From contig CANFXY010000001.1 in assembly GCA_947451105.1 (NCBI GenBank), positions 280-64,279 on the forward strand: a DNA stretch of 64,000 bases, in the 5' to 3' direction. The position numbers and the translations under genes were made by a program. A model generated the notes under the pieces. That model had not been told where the DNA came from and searched no databases. It saw nothing but the letters and a program-made list of their open reading frames with translations. This stretch comes from Bacteroidota bacterium. Its GTDB lineage: Bacteria > Bacteroidota > Bacteroidia > NS11-12g > UBA955. This document shows, piece by piece, positions 22,343-31,294 of this stretch (positions within the stretch are counted from its first letter, which is position 1; the number at the start of each line of letters is the position of its first letter).

Positions 22343-23343
22343 AAATTCTTGTATACAGTTCAGTTTTCTATCCGTCAGTTGGTGGCATTGAGAATCTAAA
22401 TCTAGATTTAATCAATGAATTTGTTCGCGCAGGACATGAAGTGAAAGTTGTAACAGAACAAAAACAGACCAAGGATAATCCATTTAAGGATGTTGAAATC
22501 GTCGAATACAAAAAGATTTTCTCACAAATACGCTTGTTTTTTTGGAGTGACCTAGTCTATATGCCCAACATAACCCTTAAAATATTTTGGCTATTCCTGT
22601 TTAATCCATTCAAAAAATTTGTCATATCTCACAACGATTTTCATATAGCGTTTCACAAAAAATGGATGGCGAATTTAAAATTGTTTTTTATTAAGCGCGC
22701 CAATGCCAATATTACAGTAAGTAAAAGCATTGCTGAACATTTTAAAATCAAGGCTGAGGTAATTTATAATTGTTACAATGATGCGGTGTTTAAATTGTAT
22801 TCAGGTATAGAGCGAAATAAAGATTTTGTATTTGTTGGTAGATTGGTAAGTTCAAAAGGCGGCGTTCAATTGTTGGAAGCTTTTAAGAAATTAGAAGGTA
22901 ATTATAATTTAAGCTACATCGGAGATGGACCCGAATTGATTGAATTGAAGAATTTAAGCAAGCAATATGGTTTGGAAAATCGTGTGAGCTTCTTAGGTTT
23001 TATGCATGGCGAAGAACTTGCCAAGAAAATAAATGAATTTAAAATTATGGTCATTTGTCCAATCAGTGTTGAAGGTTTTGGTTTGGTGGCCTTGGAAGGA
23101 CTGGCTTGTGGATGTGATTTGATTGTTTCGGAAGCTGGCGGTTTGCCTGAAGCTGCCAACGGTTTTGGCCGCCAATTTCCTATGGGGAATGCAGAAGCAC
23201 TGAAAACTTGTATGCAAGAGTTAATTGTATCTGAGGATTTGAATGGCAATTATGAAGAAAAGTCAAGGTATTTAAATACACTAACAAAATCAGTGGTGGC
23301 AAGTAAATACTTAACTATTTTTAAAAAGGTTTTAAATAAATAA
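22339..23343 (+). CDS. Glycosyltransferase family 4
   Basis: EGFGLVALEGLACGCDLIVSEAGGLPE signature, ATGA overlap with the upstream gene. Confidence 0.8.
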   Translation: MKILVYSSVFYPSVGGIENLNLDLINEFVRAGHEVKVVTEQKQTKDNPFKDVEIVEYKKIFSQIRLFFWSDLVYMPNITLKIFWLFLFNPFKKFVISHNDFHIAFHKKWMANLKLFFIKRANANITVSKSIAEHFKIKAEVIYNCYNDAVFKLYSGIERNKDFVFVGRLVSSKGGVQLLEAFKKLEGNYNLSYIGDGPELIELKNLSKQYGLENRVSFLGFMHGEELAKKINEFKIMVICPISVEGFGLVALEGLACGCDLIVSEAGGLPEAANGFGRQFPMGNAEALKTCMQELIVSEDLNGNYEEKSRYLNTLTKSVVASKYLTIFKKVLNK

Positions 23344-23344
23344 T

Positions 23345-24487
23345 ATGTTTCACCGCGACAATATAAATGGACAAAATTTAAAGGATAAACAATTGTGTTT
23401 AACTTTTGATGACGGACCCGGTGTACACACACTGCCAATAGCTTTGTTTTTAAATCAGTTGAAAATTCGAGCAACTTTTTTTGTGGTTGGTAAATATGCA
23501 GCAGACAACATCGATGTTTTGGTGAAAATAAAGGAACTGGGTCACATTGTAGCCAACCATACCTTCGAACACCCCGATATGCCCTATTATTGTTCGGTTA
23601 ATGGCGATGTACAAGACCAGATTGTGAGAACCAACTCGGTAATTAGACCATATGTCAATTCAGAATTGGTTTATTTTAGAGCGCCATATGGAAAATGGTC
23701 CGCTGAGGTGGCAGATGAATTAAACGAAAATTTAAAAAGTTCAGTAAACCTGTGTGGACCGATACATTGGGAAATCCCTGGTATCGACTGTCATTATTGG
23801 AATATCGGAAATTCTGTTGAACAAGCCATTGAAGCCTATCTGATAGAAATAAATAAACTTCAGAAAGGCATCATCGTCATGCATGATGAGATAGCAGATA
23901 TGGGTATTGTCAAGCCTAAAAATAAAACCTATGAATTGGTAATGGGTTTGATCCCTAAATTAATTGAGATGGGCTATCAATTTGTGGGACTGGATCAAAT
24001 TGACGGTTTGCACGATACTGAATCTGAACTTAATTCTTTTTACATTAAATCATCTAGCAACCGCTGGGTAAGTGAGGTTGATAATCAATTCTATTCTTTG
24101 AGAAATGAAAAATACAGTACATTCAAATTAATTGAAAATGGCAATGGAAAGGTTTCAATTAAAACAGCTTCAAATGCATTTATTGCAGTGGATGAAAATA
24201 AATTGAATCAAGTAATTATTTCGAGTGCAATCAACCAATACTCTATGTTCGACTACATTCCTATAAGGTACAACGGTTTCATGCTTCGTTCATACAACGG
24301 AAACTATTTAAACATTGAAAACAAGGACAATAGAATGGTTGCCAGCGCTCAATTTATGAGACAAGCCACTGTGTTTAATTTTAAGTCTGTTCATTCAAAA
24401 ATAGAACGTAAGGTTTCTGTTTCAGAAAGACTGAGACTGTTTAAAAAAGGCATTTTATTCGTTAAATCTAAATTGTTTTCAAGATAA
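23345..24487 (+). CDS. Polysaccharide deacetylase (NodB/CE4 domain) with C-terminal beta-trefoil-like (fascin-like) extension
   Basis: NodB motifs LTFDDGP, RAPYGKW, histidines HTFEHP. The C-terminal ~160 aa show repeated F/Y-x-hydrophobic beta-strand patterns (NGKVSIKTASNAFIAV; FMLRSYNGNYLNIEN; ATVFNFKSV) typical of beta-trefoil domains. Confidence 0.75.
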   Translation: MFHRDNINGQNLKDKQLCLTFDDGPGVHTLPIALFLNQLKIRATFFVVGKYAADNIDVLVKIKELGHIVANHTFEHPDMPYYCSVNGDVQDQIVRTNSVIRPYVNSELVYFRAPYGKWSAEVADELNENLKSSVNLCGPIHWEIPGIDCHYWNIGNSVEQAIEAYLIEINKLQKGIIVMHDEIADMGIVKPKNKTYELVMGLIPKLIEMGYQFVGLDQIDGLHDTESELNSFYIKSSSNRWVSEVDNQFYSLRNEKYSTFKLIENGNGKVSIKTASNAFIAVDENKLNQVIISSAINQYSMFDYIPIRYNGFMLRSYNGNYLNIENKDNRMVASAQFMRQATVFNFKSVHSKIERKVSVSERLRLFKKGILFVKSKLFSR

Positions 24488-24492
24488 TACCC

Positions 24493-25740
24493 ATGGAACA
24501 AACAAATGAAAACAGCATAGGTTCTGTACTGATTTTGGGTATCAATTTTTCGCCTGAATTAACTGGAATAGGAAAATACAGTGGAGAAATGGCAATTTGG
24601 TTGGCCGAACATAATGTAAAGACTACGGTGGTGACCAGTTTTCCATATTACCCTAATTGGAAAGTCCAAGAACCATATTCAGGGAGATGGTTTAAAAAGG
24701 AAATAAGCGCGAATGGCAACTTAATGGTATATAGATGTCCAATGTATGTTCCTAAAGTGCCTAGTGGCTTAAAACGCATGGTGCATGAGGCTACTTTTTT
24801 CGCTTCTTCAGCTTGTGTTATTCTTCGTTTGTTGTTTAAACCCAAAGTAGACAATGTTATTTGTGTTGCACCTCCTTTTCATTTGGGTTTTTTAGCCTTG
24901 TTTTACCGCATGATTAAAGGTGGGAGAATAAACTACCACATACAAGATCTTCAAATTGAAGCTGCTCGCGATTTAAAAGTTGTAAAATCCGAAGGGTTTT
25001 TTAAAATTTTATTTGGATTGGAAAGGCAAATATTTAACAGGGTTAATTCTATCAGCTCTATTTCATTGGGGATGATGCGAAAAATCTCTGCGAAATCAGG
25101 TAAAGACATTAAAATGTTCCCCAATTGGGTAGATACAAATTTATTCCATCCCCTAGAAAATAGACTTGAATTGAAAAGCCAATGGGGTTTTAAATCAAGC
25201 GATAAAATTGTTTTGTATTCAGGAAGTATAGGGGAGAAGCAAGGGCTTGATGCATTGATTGACATAGCGATTGAATGTCAATCCATCTCAGACATACAAA
25301 TAGTGATCTGTGGTACAGGACCTTACAAATCAAATTTGGAACAAATTTGTAAAAGTAAGTCTGTACAAAATGTGCATTTTTTCCCGCTTCAAGATTTTAA
25401 TGTGTTTAATGCGTTCTTGAATATGGCAGATGTTCATTTGGTGTTACAAAAAGCCCAAGCAGCGGACCTAGTAATGCCAAGTAAATTAAGTACAATTTTA
25501 GCTTCTGGAGGTTTGGTTATTGCAACTGCTTTTGCTGGAACAAGTTTATATGATGAGATCGTCAATAACGAAATGGGAATTGTTATAGATCCTGAAAACA
25601 ACCAATTGCTTCAAGAGGCAATCGTTTTAGCTTGTACGAATGATTATTCCAAAGAGCGCATCAATGCTAGGAAATACGCTGAGAGGTATTTAGATCAAGA
25701 AGCAATTCTGTTGGATATGACAAAAGATATTCTGCAATAA
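24493..25740 (+). CDS. Glycosyltransferase family 4 (WcaI/WbuB-like)
   Basis: 415 aa. Begins ILGINFSPELTGIGKYSGEMAIWLAEHN, the typical WcaI/WbuB N-terminus. Last gene of the + strand operon. Confidence 0.75.
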   Translation: MEQTNENSIGSVLILGINFSPELTGIGKYSGEMAIWLAEHNVKTTVVTSFPYYPNWKVQEPYSGRWFKKEISANGNLMVYRCPMYVPKVPSGLKRMVHEATFFASSACVILRLLFKPKVDNVICVAPPFHLGFLALFYRMIKGGRINYHIQDLQIEAARDLKVVKSEGFFKILFGLERQIFNRVNSISSISLGMMRKISAKSGKDIKMFPNWVDTNLFHPLENRLELKSQWGFKSSDKIVLYSGSIGEKQGLDALIDIAIECQSISDIQIVICGTGPYKSNLEQICKSKSVQNVHFFPLQDFNVFNAFLNMADVHLVLQKAQAADLVMPSKLSTILASGGLVIATAFAGTSLYDEIVNNEMGIVIDPENNQLLQEAIVLACTNDYSKERINARKYAERYLDQEAILLDMTKDILQ

Positions 25741-25743
25741 AAA

Positions 25744-25800
25744 ATAGAGCCATCTTTCGATGACTCTATTTTGTGGGCTAGCCACAATTTCTATGTAAAT
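25744..25800. terminator. Two tandem hairpins in the convergent spacer between the GT operon and the initiating transferase
   Basis: AATAGAG-(14 nt)-CTCTATT followed by TTGTGG-GCTAGC-CCACAA. Located between the stops of convergent genes at 25740 and 25812. Confidence 0.5.
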
Positions 25801-25811
25801 TTTGTTTGATG

Positions 25812-27422
25812 TTAAACGGCATTTTTGTCGCCCATAATCATATTCTTAATTGTAGAATAGATTATTTTTAACTCAAGAATAAAGGTCCAATTTTCAATAT
25901 ACCATATATCGTATTGTACGCGTTTTGCCATCTTTTCAACATTCTTAGTTTCTCCTCTTAATCCATTCGTTTGCGCCCATCCGGTGATGCCTGGTTTGGC
26001 ATAATGACGCACCAAATAATTGTCAATAAGTTCAGAATATTCATTGGTGTGCTTGACCATATGAGGTCTAGGGCCAACAACTGACATGTTTCCAAACAGA
26101 ACATTAAAGAACTGTGGCATTTCATCTAAGTTGGTTTTTCTTAAAAATTTACCAATTGGCGTAATGCGATTATCATTAGCAGATGCTTGTTTGTGGTCAG
26201 ATTCTGTGTTTACACGCATCGTTCTAAATTTCCAGCAATAAAACTCTCTATTGCCTTCTCCTGTGCGTTTTTGACGGAAAAATATGGGTCCAGGAGAACT
26301 TATTTTAACCAATACCATTAATATTGGGAATAACCAAGGGAAGATAAATACAATCACAACCAAAGAGAAAAATACATCAAAGCTTCTTTTTTTGATTCTA
26401 TTTAACGGTTGTTCTAGCGGTTCCAAACGCAATGAAACAACAGGGACTTGTCCTTGAAAATCAATAGACACATTGTTTGTCTCTTTAAATAATTTATAAT
26501 CTGGTACAAATTTTATTCGGATAAAATTTCTATCACAGAAGCAAATCATTTGCTTAATTTGATTTGAGCCAAAATCACTAAGTGTAACATATACTTCGTG
26601 TATTTTGTTCTTGCTTGTATAGGTATACAAATCTTGGATATTCCCTAAATAGTTTGAATTGCTGTCATTTTCATGTTTGTCATCAAAATACCCTAATATC
26701 CTATAGCCTTGAGATAAGTCTGCTGTCAAAGCATTGATAATATCATTGCTGTTGTCTTTTGGTCCAACTATTACGGTATTGATTAAGTTTTTACCAATTA
26801 ATCTTATCTTTTTGAGTGACGATATTGTTACAATTCTGTATATCAAGACGAAAATACCGAAGTTGAGGAAAAACAATGTAAATGCATTGCCACTTAATTG
26901 ATGCAGTGCAAATAAGTGCGCAAAAGAGGCCATTGCTAAAAAGTAATAAAGAATAAGCTTTAACCTTTTGTAAACGCATGCTTCTATAGTCGTATTTCTT
27001 TTAAATGTAAATTCGTTAAAATGGTGCATGAAATACATCCAAACAAAGTTTGCTACAAATAAGAAAATTTTGGAATCTCTGGTTCCAAGCAACTCAAGGC
27101 TGCGGTGGTTGACATAAAATGCAAATAAATAACTAGCATTTAGCAGCAGTAGGTCTCCAAGTTTAAGAATTAATTTTAAGTACCGAATATTGGCACTCAA
27201 ATTAATTGAGGGTAAATTGCGTATCATGTAATTTTGTGTAATTTGTGTATTTTTGAGAAATGTCCGCCCAGAAAACTGGGTATCAATGAGGGAATCGTAG
27301 CCCGCTTTATTTGCGGCTAAATTCTCTGATACCATTAAATCAGATTGCTTTCTAATTTTAGAAATTCCCATGTGCTTTTCAGACTTATCCTTCGTTAAAA
27401 AAGCAATGCTTAGAGTTGACAA
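25812..27422 (-). CDS. Initiating polyprenyl-phosphate sugar-1-phosphate transferase (WbaP/WcaJ 'bacterial sugar transferase' family)
   Basis: C-terminal catalytic domain (KRSFDVFFSLVVIVF..., VVGPRPHMVKHTNEYS, PGITGWAQTNG), four N-terminal TM helices and a central Rossmann-like region. Start uncertain (M1, M30 or M56). Confidence 0.88.
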   Translation of the reverse strand: MSTLSIAFLTKDKSEKHMGISKIRKQSDLMVSENLAANKAGYDSLIDTQFSGRTFLKNTQITQNYMIRNLPSINLSANIRYLKLILKLGDLLLLNASYLFAFYVNHRSLELLGTRDSKIFLFVANFVWMYFMHHFNEFTFKRNTTIEACVYKRLKLILYYFLAMASFAHLFALHQLSGNAFTLFFLNFGIFVLIYRIVTISSLKKIRLIGKNLINTVIVGPKDNSNDIINALTADLSQGYRILGYFDDKHENDSNSNYLGNIQDLYTYTSKNKIHEVYVTLSDFGSNQIKQMICFCDRNFIRIKFVPDYKLFKETNNVSIDFQGQVPVVSLRLEPLEQPLNRIKKRSFDVFFSLVVIVFIFPWLFPILMVLVKISSPGPIFFRQKRTGEGNREFYCWKFRTMRVNTESDHKQASANDNRITPIGKFLRKTNLDEMPQFFNVLFGNMSVVGPRPHMVKHTNEYSELIDNYLVRHYAKPGITGWAQTNGLRGETKNVEKMAKRVQYDIWYIENWTFILELKIIYSTIKNMIMGDKNAV

Positions 27423-28440
27423 AGCAACAAAACACCAAAAGTCAATTTCGTTTTGAAAATGTCAATAGGAGTAAATGTCACAACTTGCCAATCTTTACAA
27501 TGATTAGAAGACGTTGAATTAAAGATGAAAGTACAAGATTTTAGCCCTACTCGAGCTCTGGTAATAGTTGATTTTTGAAGCGGATATTGAGAAAAAACAT
27601 AAGTAGCGTTATGGCTCGATGTAAAGACATCCAAGCTTGATAAGCATTCTAATGTTTCTGTTTGTTTGTAAGATGGCTTTACCAATTCCGTTTTAAGAAT
27701 TGTCAAAGCACTTTTGTGCGTGTTCATGTATTTGTGTTTTAAGTTCGGTAGCCATGCGGAAATGTGTTTTAGTCTCTGTGAAGCGTTCAAGTATAAATTG
27801 TTTTAGTATTTTATACTTACTTTTTCACATTGCAAACATAATTTCATTTCTTTTAAATTCCAAATCATTTAAATTTAAATAATAGCTATTAATTTGTTAA
27901 TTATACTAATGTGTTGTATATGAGTTTATTAATATAAAAATCGCATCAATTTGTGATATTTGTCAAGTTTTTTCAGGTAAAAAAACACAGTTTTAAGGCA
28001 ATAATTCTCTTTTTTCGATAATATGTTTGTTTAATTTTTTTTCGCCAATATGTTTTTAGGGTAAATTACCCAATACAATAAATTAAATATCTGTAAAATA
28101 AATACTTGCAATTTTAATTAATATGATTTTTATATGAATTGGTGCTAATTATTAAATTATCGTTAATGTTTATTAAAATGAGTATATAAACTTATTGTTT
28201 TATTTGTTTAAGTTTTTTAGCCTTAAAATCACAGCTGTATTCAAAATCAAAAAATCAATAATGATTCATCCAAAAAATAACATGATGCTTAGGCGTCGGA
28301 AATTTAATTTGCTCATGATTTCAACTCTCAAAAAGGGAACAAATCAATAAGGCCTAGTTACGAAGTTCTAAATCTATTCGAATGAATTGTTAAGTTAATT
28401 TGCATGAAATCAACAATAGGTTTTAATATGCTGTTTAAAC

Positions 28441-28472
28441 AAAAAAAACCTGAATTACTTCAGGTTTTTTTT
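28441..28472. terminator. Bidirectional A8-hairpin-T8 terminator downstream of tRNA-Lys
   Basis: AAAAAAAA-CCTGAA-TTAC-TTCAGG-TTTTTTTT, immediately 3' of the tRNA. Confidence 0.8.
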
Positions 28473-28480
28473 GTTTGTTC

Positions 28481-28556
28481 TGGTGATCCCGCTGGGATTC
28501 GAACCCAGGACCACTACATTAAAAGTGTAATGCTCTACCAGCTGAGCTACGGAATC
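28481..28556 (-). tRNA. tRNA-Lys (anticodon TTT), 76 nt with encoded CCA
   Basis: Reverse complement reads GATTCCG-TA-GCTC-AGCTGGTA-GAGC-A-TTACA-CTTTTAA-TGTAG-TGGTC-CTGGG-TTCGAAT-CCCAG-CGGGATC-A-CCA. Full cloverleaf; 7-bp acceptor stem with one G-U pair. Anticodon loop CTTTTAA. Confidence 0.93.
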
Positions 28557-28626
28557 GTTAAACGTGGTGCAAAAGTAAGATTTTTATTGGTTTAAACAAA
28601 TGCTTTTTGAAAATATTTGAATTATT

Positions 28627-29727
28627 TTATACATTGAATCTAAAATGCATGCAATCTCCATCTTTTACTATGTATTCTTTACCCTCAACGCCTAGTTTAC
28701 CAGCCTCTTTAATTGCCGATTCTGTGCCATATTGAAGGTAATCATCGTATTTTATTACTTCTGCTCTAATAAACCCTTTTTCAAAGTCTGTGTGGATCAC
28801 AGCAGCAGCTTGTGGTGCTTTCATGCCTCTGGTAATTGTCCATGCTCTAACTTCTTTTTCACCTACAGTGAAATAGGTTATGTAGTTTAACATTTTATAG
28901 GCTGCTTTAATTAATTTGGCAACACCACTTTCGCTCATGCCTAAATCGTTTAAGAACATGGCTCTTTCTTCAGGATCTTCAAGCTCAGCGATGTCTGCTT
29001 CAGCTGCAGCGCAAATGACCATCACATCTGCATTTTCGGATGCTGCCATTTCTCTAATTTTATCTACCCAAGCATTGCCGTTGGGTAAACTTTTCTCATC
29101 CACATTGCAAACATATAAAACCGGTTTTCCAGTTAATAGATTTAAATCTTCAGTTAGTTCTTTTTGTTCATCGGTTAAGCCATCCATTGTGCGGGCATTT
29201 AAACCCTGTAACAAATGGGCTTTAAGTTTTTCGCATGCGTCAGCAATTTTACTTGCATCTTTATCGCCCGCTTTAGCTTGTTTTTGAACCCTTAACAATC
29301 TGTTCTCTACTGCTTCTAAATCTTTTAATTGCAGCTCTGTGTCAATAATTTCTTTGTCTCTAATTGGATTAACTGATCCATCAACGTGTATGATGTTGTC
29401 ATCTTCAAAACATCTAAGAACGTGCAATATAGCTTGTGTGCTTTTAATGTTGCCAAGAAATTGATTTCCCAAACCTTCTCCTTTGCTTGCACCTTTTACC
29501 AATCCTGCAATATCCACTATTTCAACTGTAGCTGGAACAATGTTCTGAGGTTTTGCAATTTCCGTAAGCTTTTGCAGACGTTCATCTGGAACGGTTATTA
29601 CACCAACATTGGGCTCAATGGTGCAAAACGGGAAATTTGCTGCTTGTGCTTTTGCATTGCTTAAGCAATTGAAGAGGGTAGATTTTCCAACATTTGGAAG
29701 TCCTACGATACCACACTGTAATGACAT
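28627..29727 (-). CDS. ychF: Ribosome-binding ATPase YchF (Obg-family GTPase)
   Basis: MSLQCGIVGLPNVGKSTLFN G1 motif, 366 aa, C-terminal TGS domain. Confidence 0.95.
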   Translation of the reverse strand: MSLQCGIVGLPNVGKSTLFNCLSNAKAQAANFPFCTIEPNVGVITVPDERLQKLTEIAKPQNIVPATVEIVDIAGLVKGASKGEGLGNQFLGNIKSTQAILHVLRCFEDDNIIHVDGSVNPIRDKEIIDTELQLKDLEAVENRLLRVQKQAKAGDKDASKIADACEKLKAHLLQGLNARTMDGLTDEQKELTEDLNLLTGKPVLYVCNVDEKSLPNGNAWVDKIREMAASENADVMVICAAAEADIAELEDPEERAMFLNDLGMSESGVAKLIKAAYKMLNYITYFTVGEKEVRAWTITRGMKAPQAAAVIHTDFEKGFIRAEVIKYDDYLQYGTESAIKEAGKLGVEGKEYIVKDGDCMHFRFNV

Positions 29728-29762
29728 GTTTTAAACTGTATTTTTTTCCTGTTTAGGGTTGA

Positions 29763-31151
29763 TTATTGATTGGCAATTTCACCAATGTCCTTGATGATTT
29801 TCATCGTTAAGGTTCTGGCCGTTGTTTCCGACTTGCTTTCTGCGTAAATGCGTATAATTGGTTCTGTATTTGACTTTCTCAAATGTATCCATTCTTCATC
29901 AAAATCTATACGTACACCATCAACTGTATTGATTTCGTAATTCTTGTATTTTTCTTTGATTTTCTCAAGAACCTCATCTGGATTTATATCCTTGGTTAAA
30001 TCTACTTTGTTTTTAGAAATAATATAGTTTGGAAAACTCATTCTCAAAGCGGTACAAGTTTTACCTGATTTTGAAAGCGAACTTAAAAACAAAGCGATGC
30101 CAACTAAGGCATCACGGCCATAATGTAATTCCGGGTAAATAATTCCACCATTGCCTTCGCCTCCAATCACAGCATTGCTTGCTTTCATCATTTCCACGAC
30201 ATTAACTTCACCAACAGCGCTAGCAGTGTATGTGCCTCCTGCTTTTTCAGTGATGTCTTTTAATGCCCTTGTAGACGATAAATTTGAAACCGTATTTCCT
30301 TTGTCATGGTGCTTTAAAACATAATCAGCTACCGCAACCAAAGTGTATTCCTCGCCAAACATTCCTCCATCTTCACCAACTAAGGCCAGCCTGTCAACAT
30401 CAGGGTCAACGCAAATACCCAAGTGGGCTTTTTTGCTTTTAACCATAGAGGATAACTCAGTTAAATGTTCCGGAAGTGGTTCGGGATTGTGTGCGAAATG
30501 ACCTGTTGGTTCACAATTTAATTCTGTTATTTGTTCTACGCCCAAAGCTTTTAGCAACATAGGTACCGCAATTCCTCCACTTGAGTTAACTGCATCAACA
30601 ACTATGCTGAATTTTTTTTCTTTAATTGCTTCTACGTCTACTAATGGAAGTTTTAAGATTTCTTCGATGTGCTTGTGCAGATACGTATTGTCTTCGGTGT
30701 ATTTTCCAAGTGAATTTACATCAGCAAATTCAAAAGATTGTGCTTCCGCAATTTCTAATACTTTACTGGCTTCAGCTGCCGAAATAAATTCACCTAAATT
30801 GTTAAGTAGTTTTAACGCATTCCACTGTTTAGGATTGTGACTAGCTGTTAAGATAATTCCCCCAGCGGCATTTTCTAGTTTTACAGCCATCTCAACAGTG
30901 GGAGTGGTAGATAAACCAAGGTTTACGACGTCCAAGCCCATAGAGAGTAGGGTAGATACAACAAGATCAGATACTATTTTACCCGAAATTCTTGCATCTC
31001 GGCCTATTATGACCAGTTTTCCATTGTTTTTGCTGAGTACCCAAGCGCCGTATGCAGAAGCGAATTTAACAATATCTACAGGTGTTAAGTTCTCATCTGG
31101 AATACCGCCAATTGTTCCTCTAAAACCTGATATTGATTTAATTAATGTCAT
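29763..31151 (-). CDS. glmM: Phosphoglucosamine mutase / phosphohexomutase
   Basis: Phosphoserine loop TASHNPKQWNALK, SGFRGTIGG N-terminus, 462 aa. GlmM versus ManB/Pgm specificity cannot be settled from sequence alone. Confidence 0.8.
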   Translation of the reverse strand: MTLIKSISGFRGTIGGIPDENLTPVDIVKFASAYGAWVLSKNNGKLVIIGRDARISGKIVSDLVVSTLLSMGLDVVNLGLSTTPTVEMAVKLENAAGGIILTASHNPKQWNALKLLNNLGEFISAAEASKVLEIAEAQSFEFADVNSLGKYTEDNTYLHKHIEEILKLPLVDVEAIKEKKFSIVVDAVNSSGGIAVPMLLKALGVEQITELNCEPTGHFAHNPEPLPEHLTELSSMVKSKKAHLGICVDPDVDRLALVGEDGGMFGEEYTLVAVADYVLKHHDKGNTVSNLSSTRALKDITEKAGGTYTASAVGEVNVVEMMKASNAVIGGEGNGGIIYPELHYGRDALVGIALFLSSLSKSGKTCTALRMSFPNYIISKNKVDLTKDINPDEVLEKIKEKYKNYEINTVDGVRIDFDEEWIHLRKSNTEPIIRIYAESKSETTARTLTMKIIKDIGEIANQ

Positions 31152-31294
31152 TGATTTTTAAGGCTGCAAAAGTACGCAAATTATCCCAACTAAAATAATA
31201 GATTACTAACAATATGATTGTTGAAATTTTACATAAATTTCATTTTGCATTGTTAAAAAGCAGAGTAAAAAGTAGTTAATTGCATTGTAATTAA

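Noticed and set aside
27410-27790. 126-aa ORF as a UpxY/NusG-like antiterminator of the polysaccharide locus
   Set aside because: No NGN/KOW motif recognisable. It is on the opposite strand to the main operon and overlaps the transferase start. Kept only as an open question, see findings.
28404-28595. 63-aa plus-strand ORF
   Set aside because: Lies exactly antisense over the tRNA-Lys gene and its terminator. It is an artefact of the open frame.
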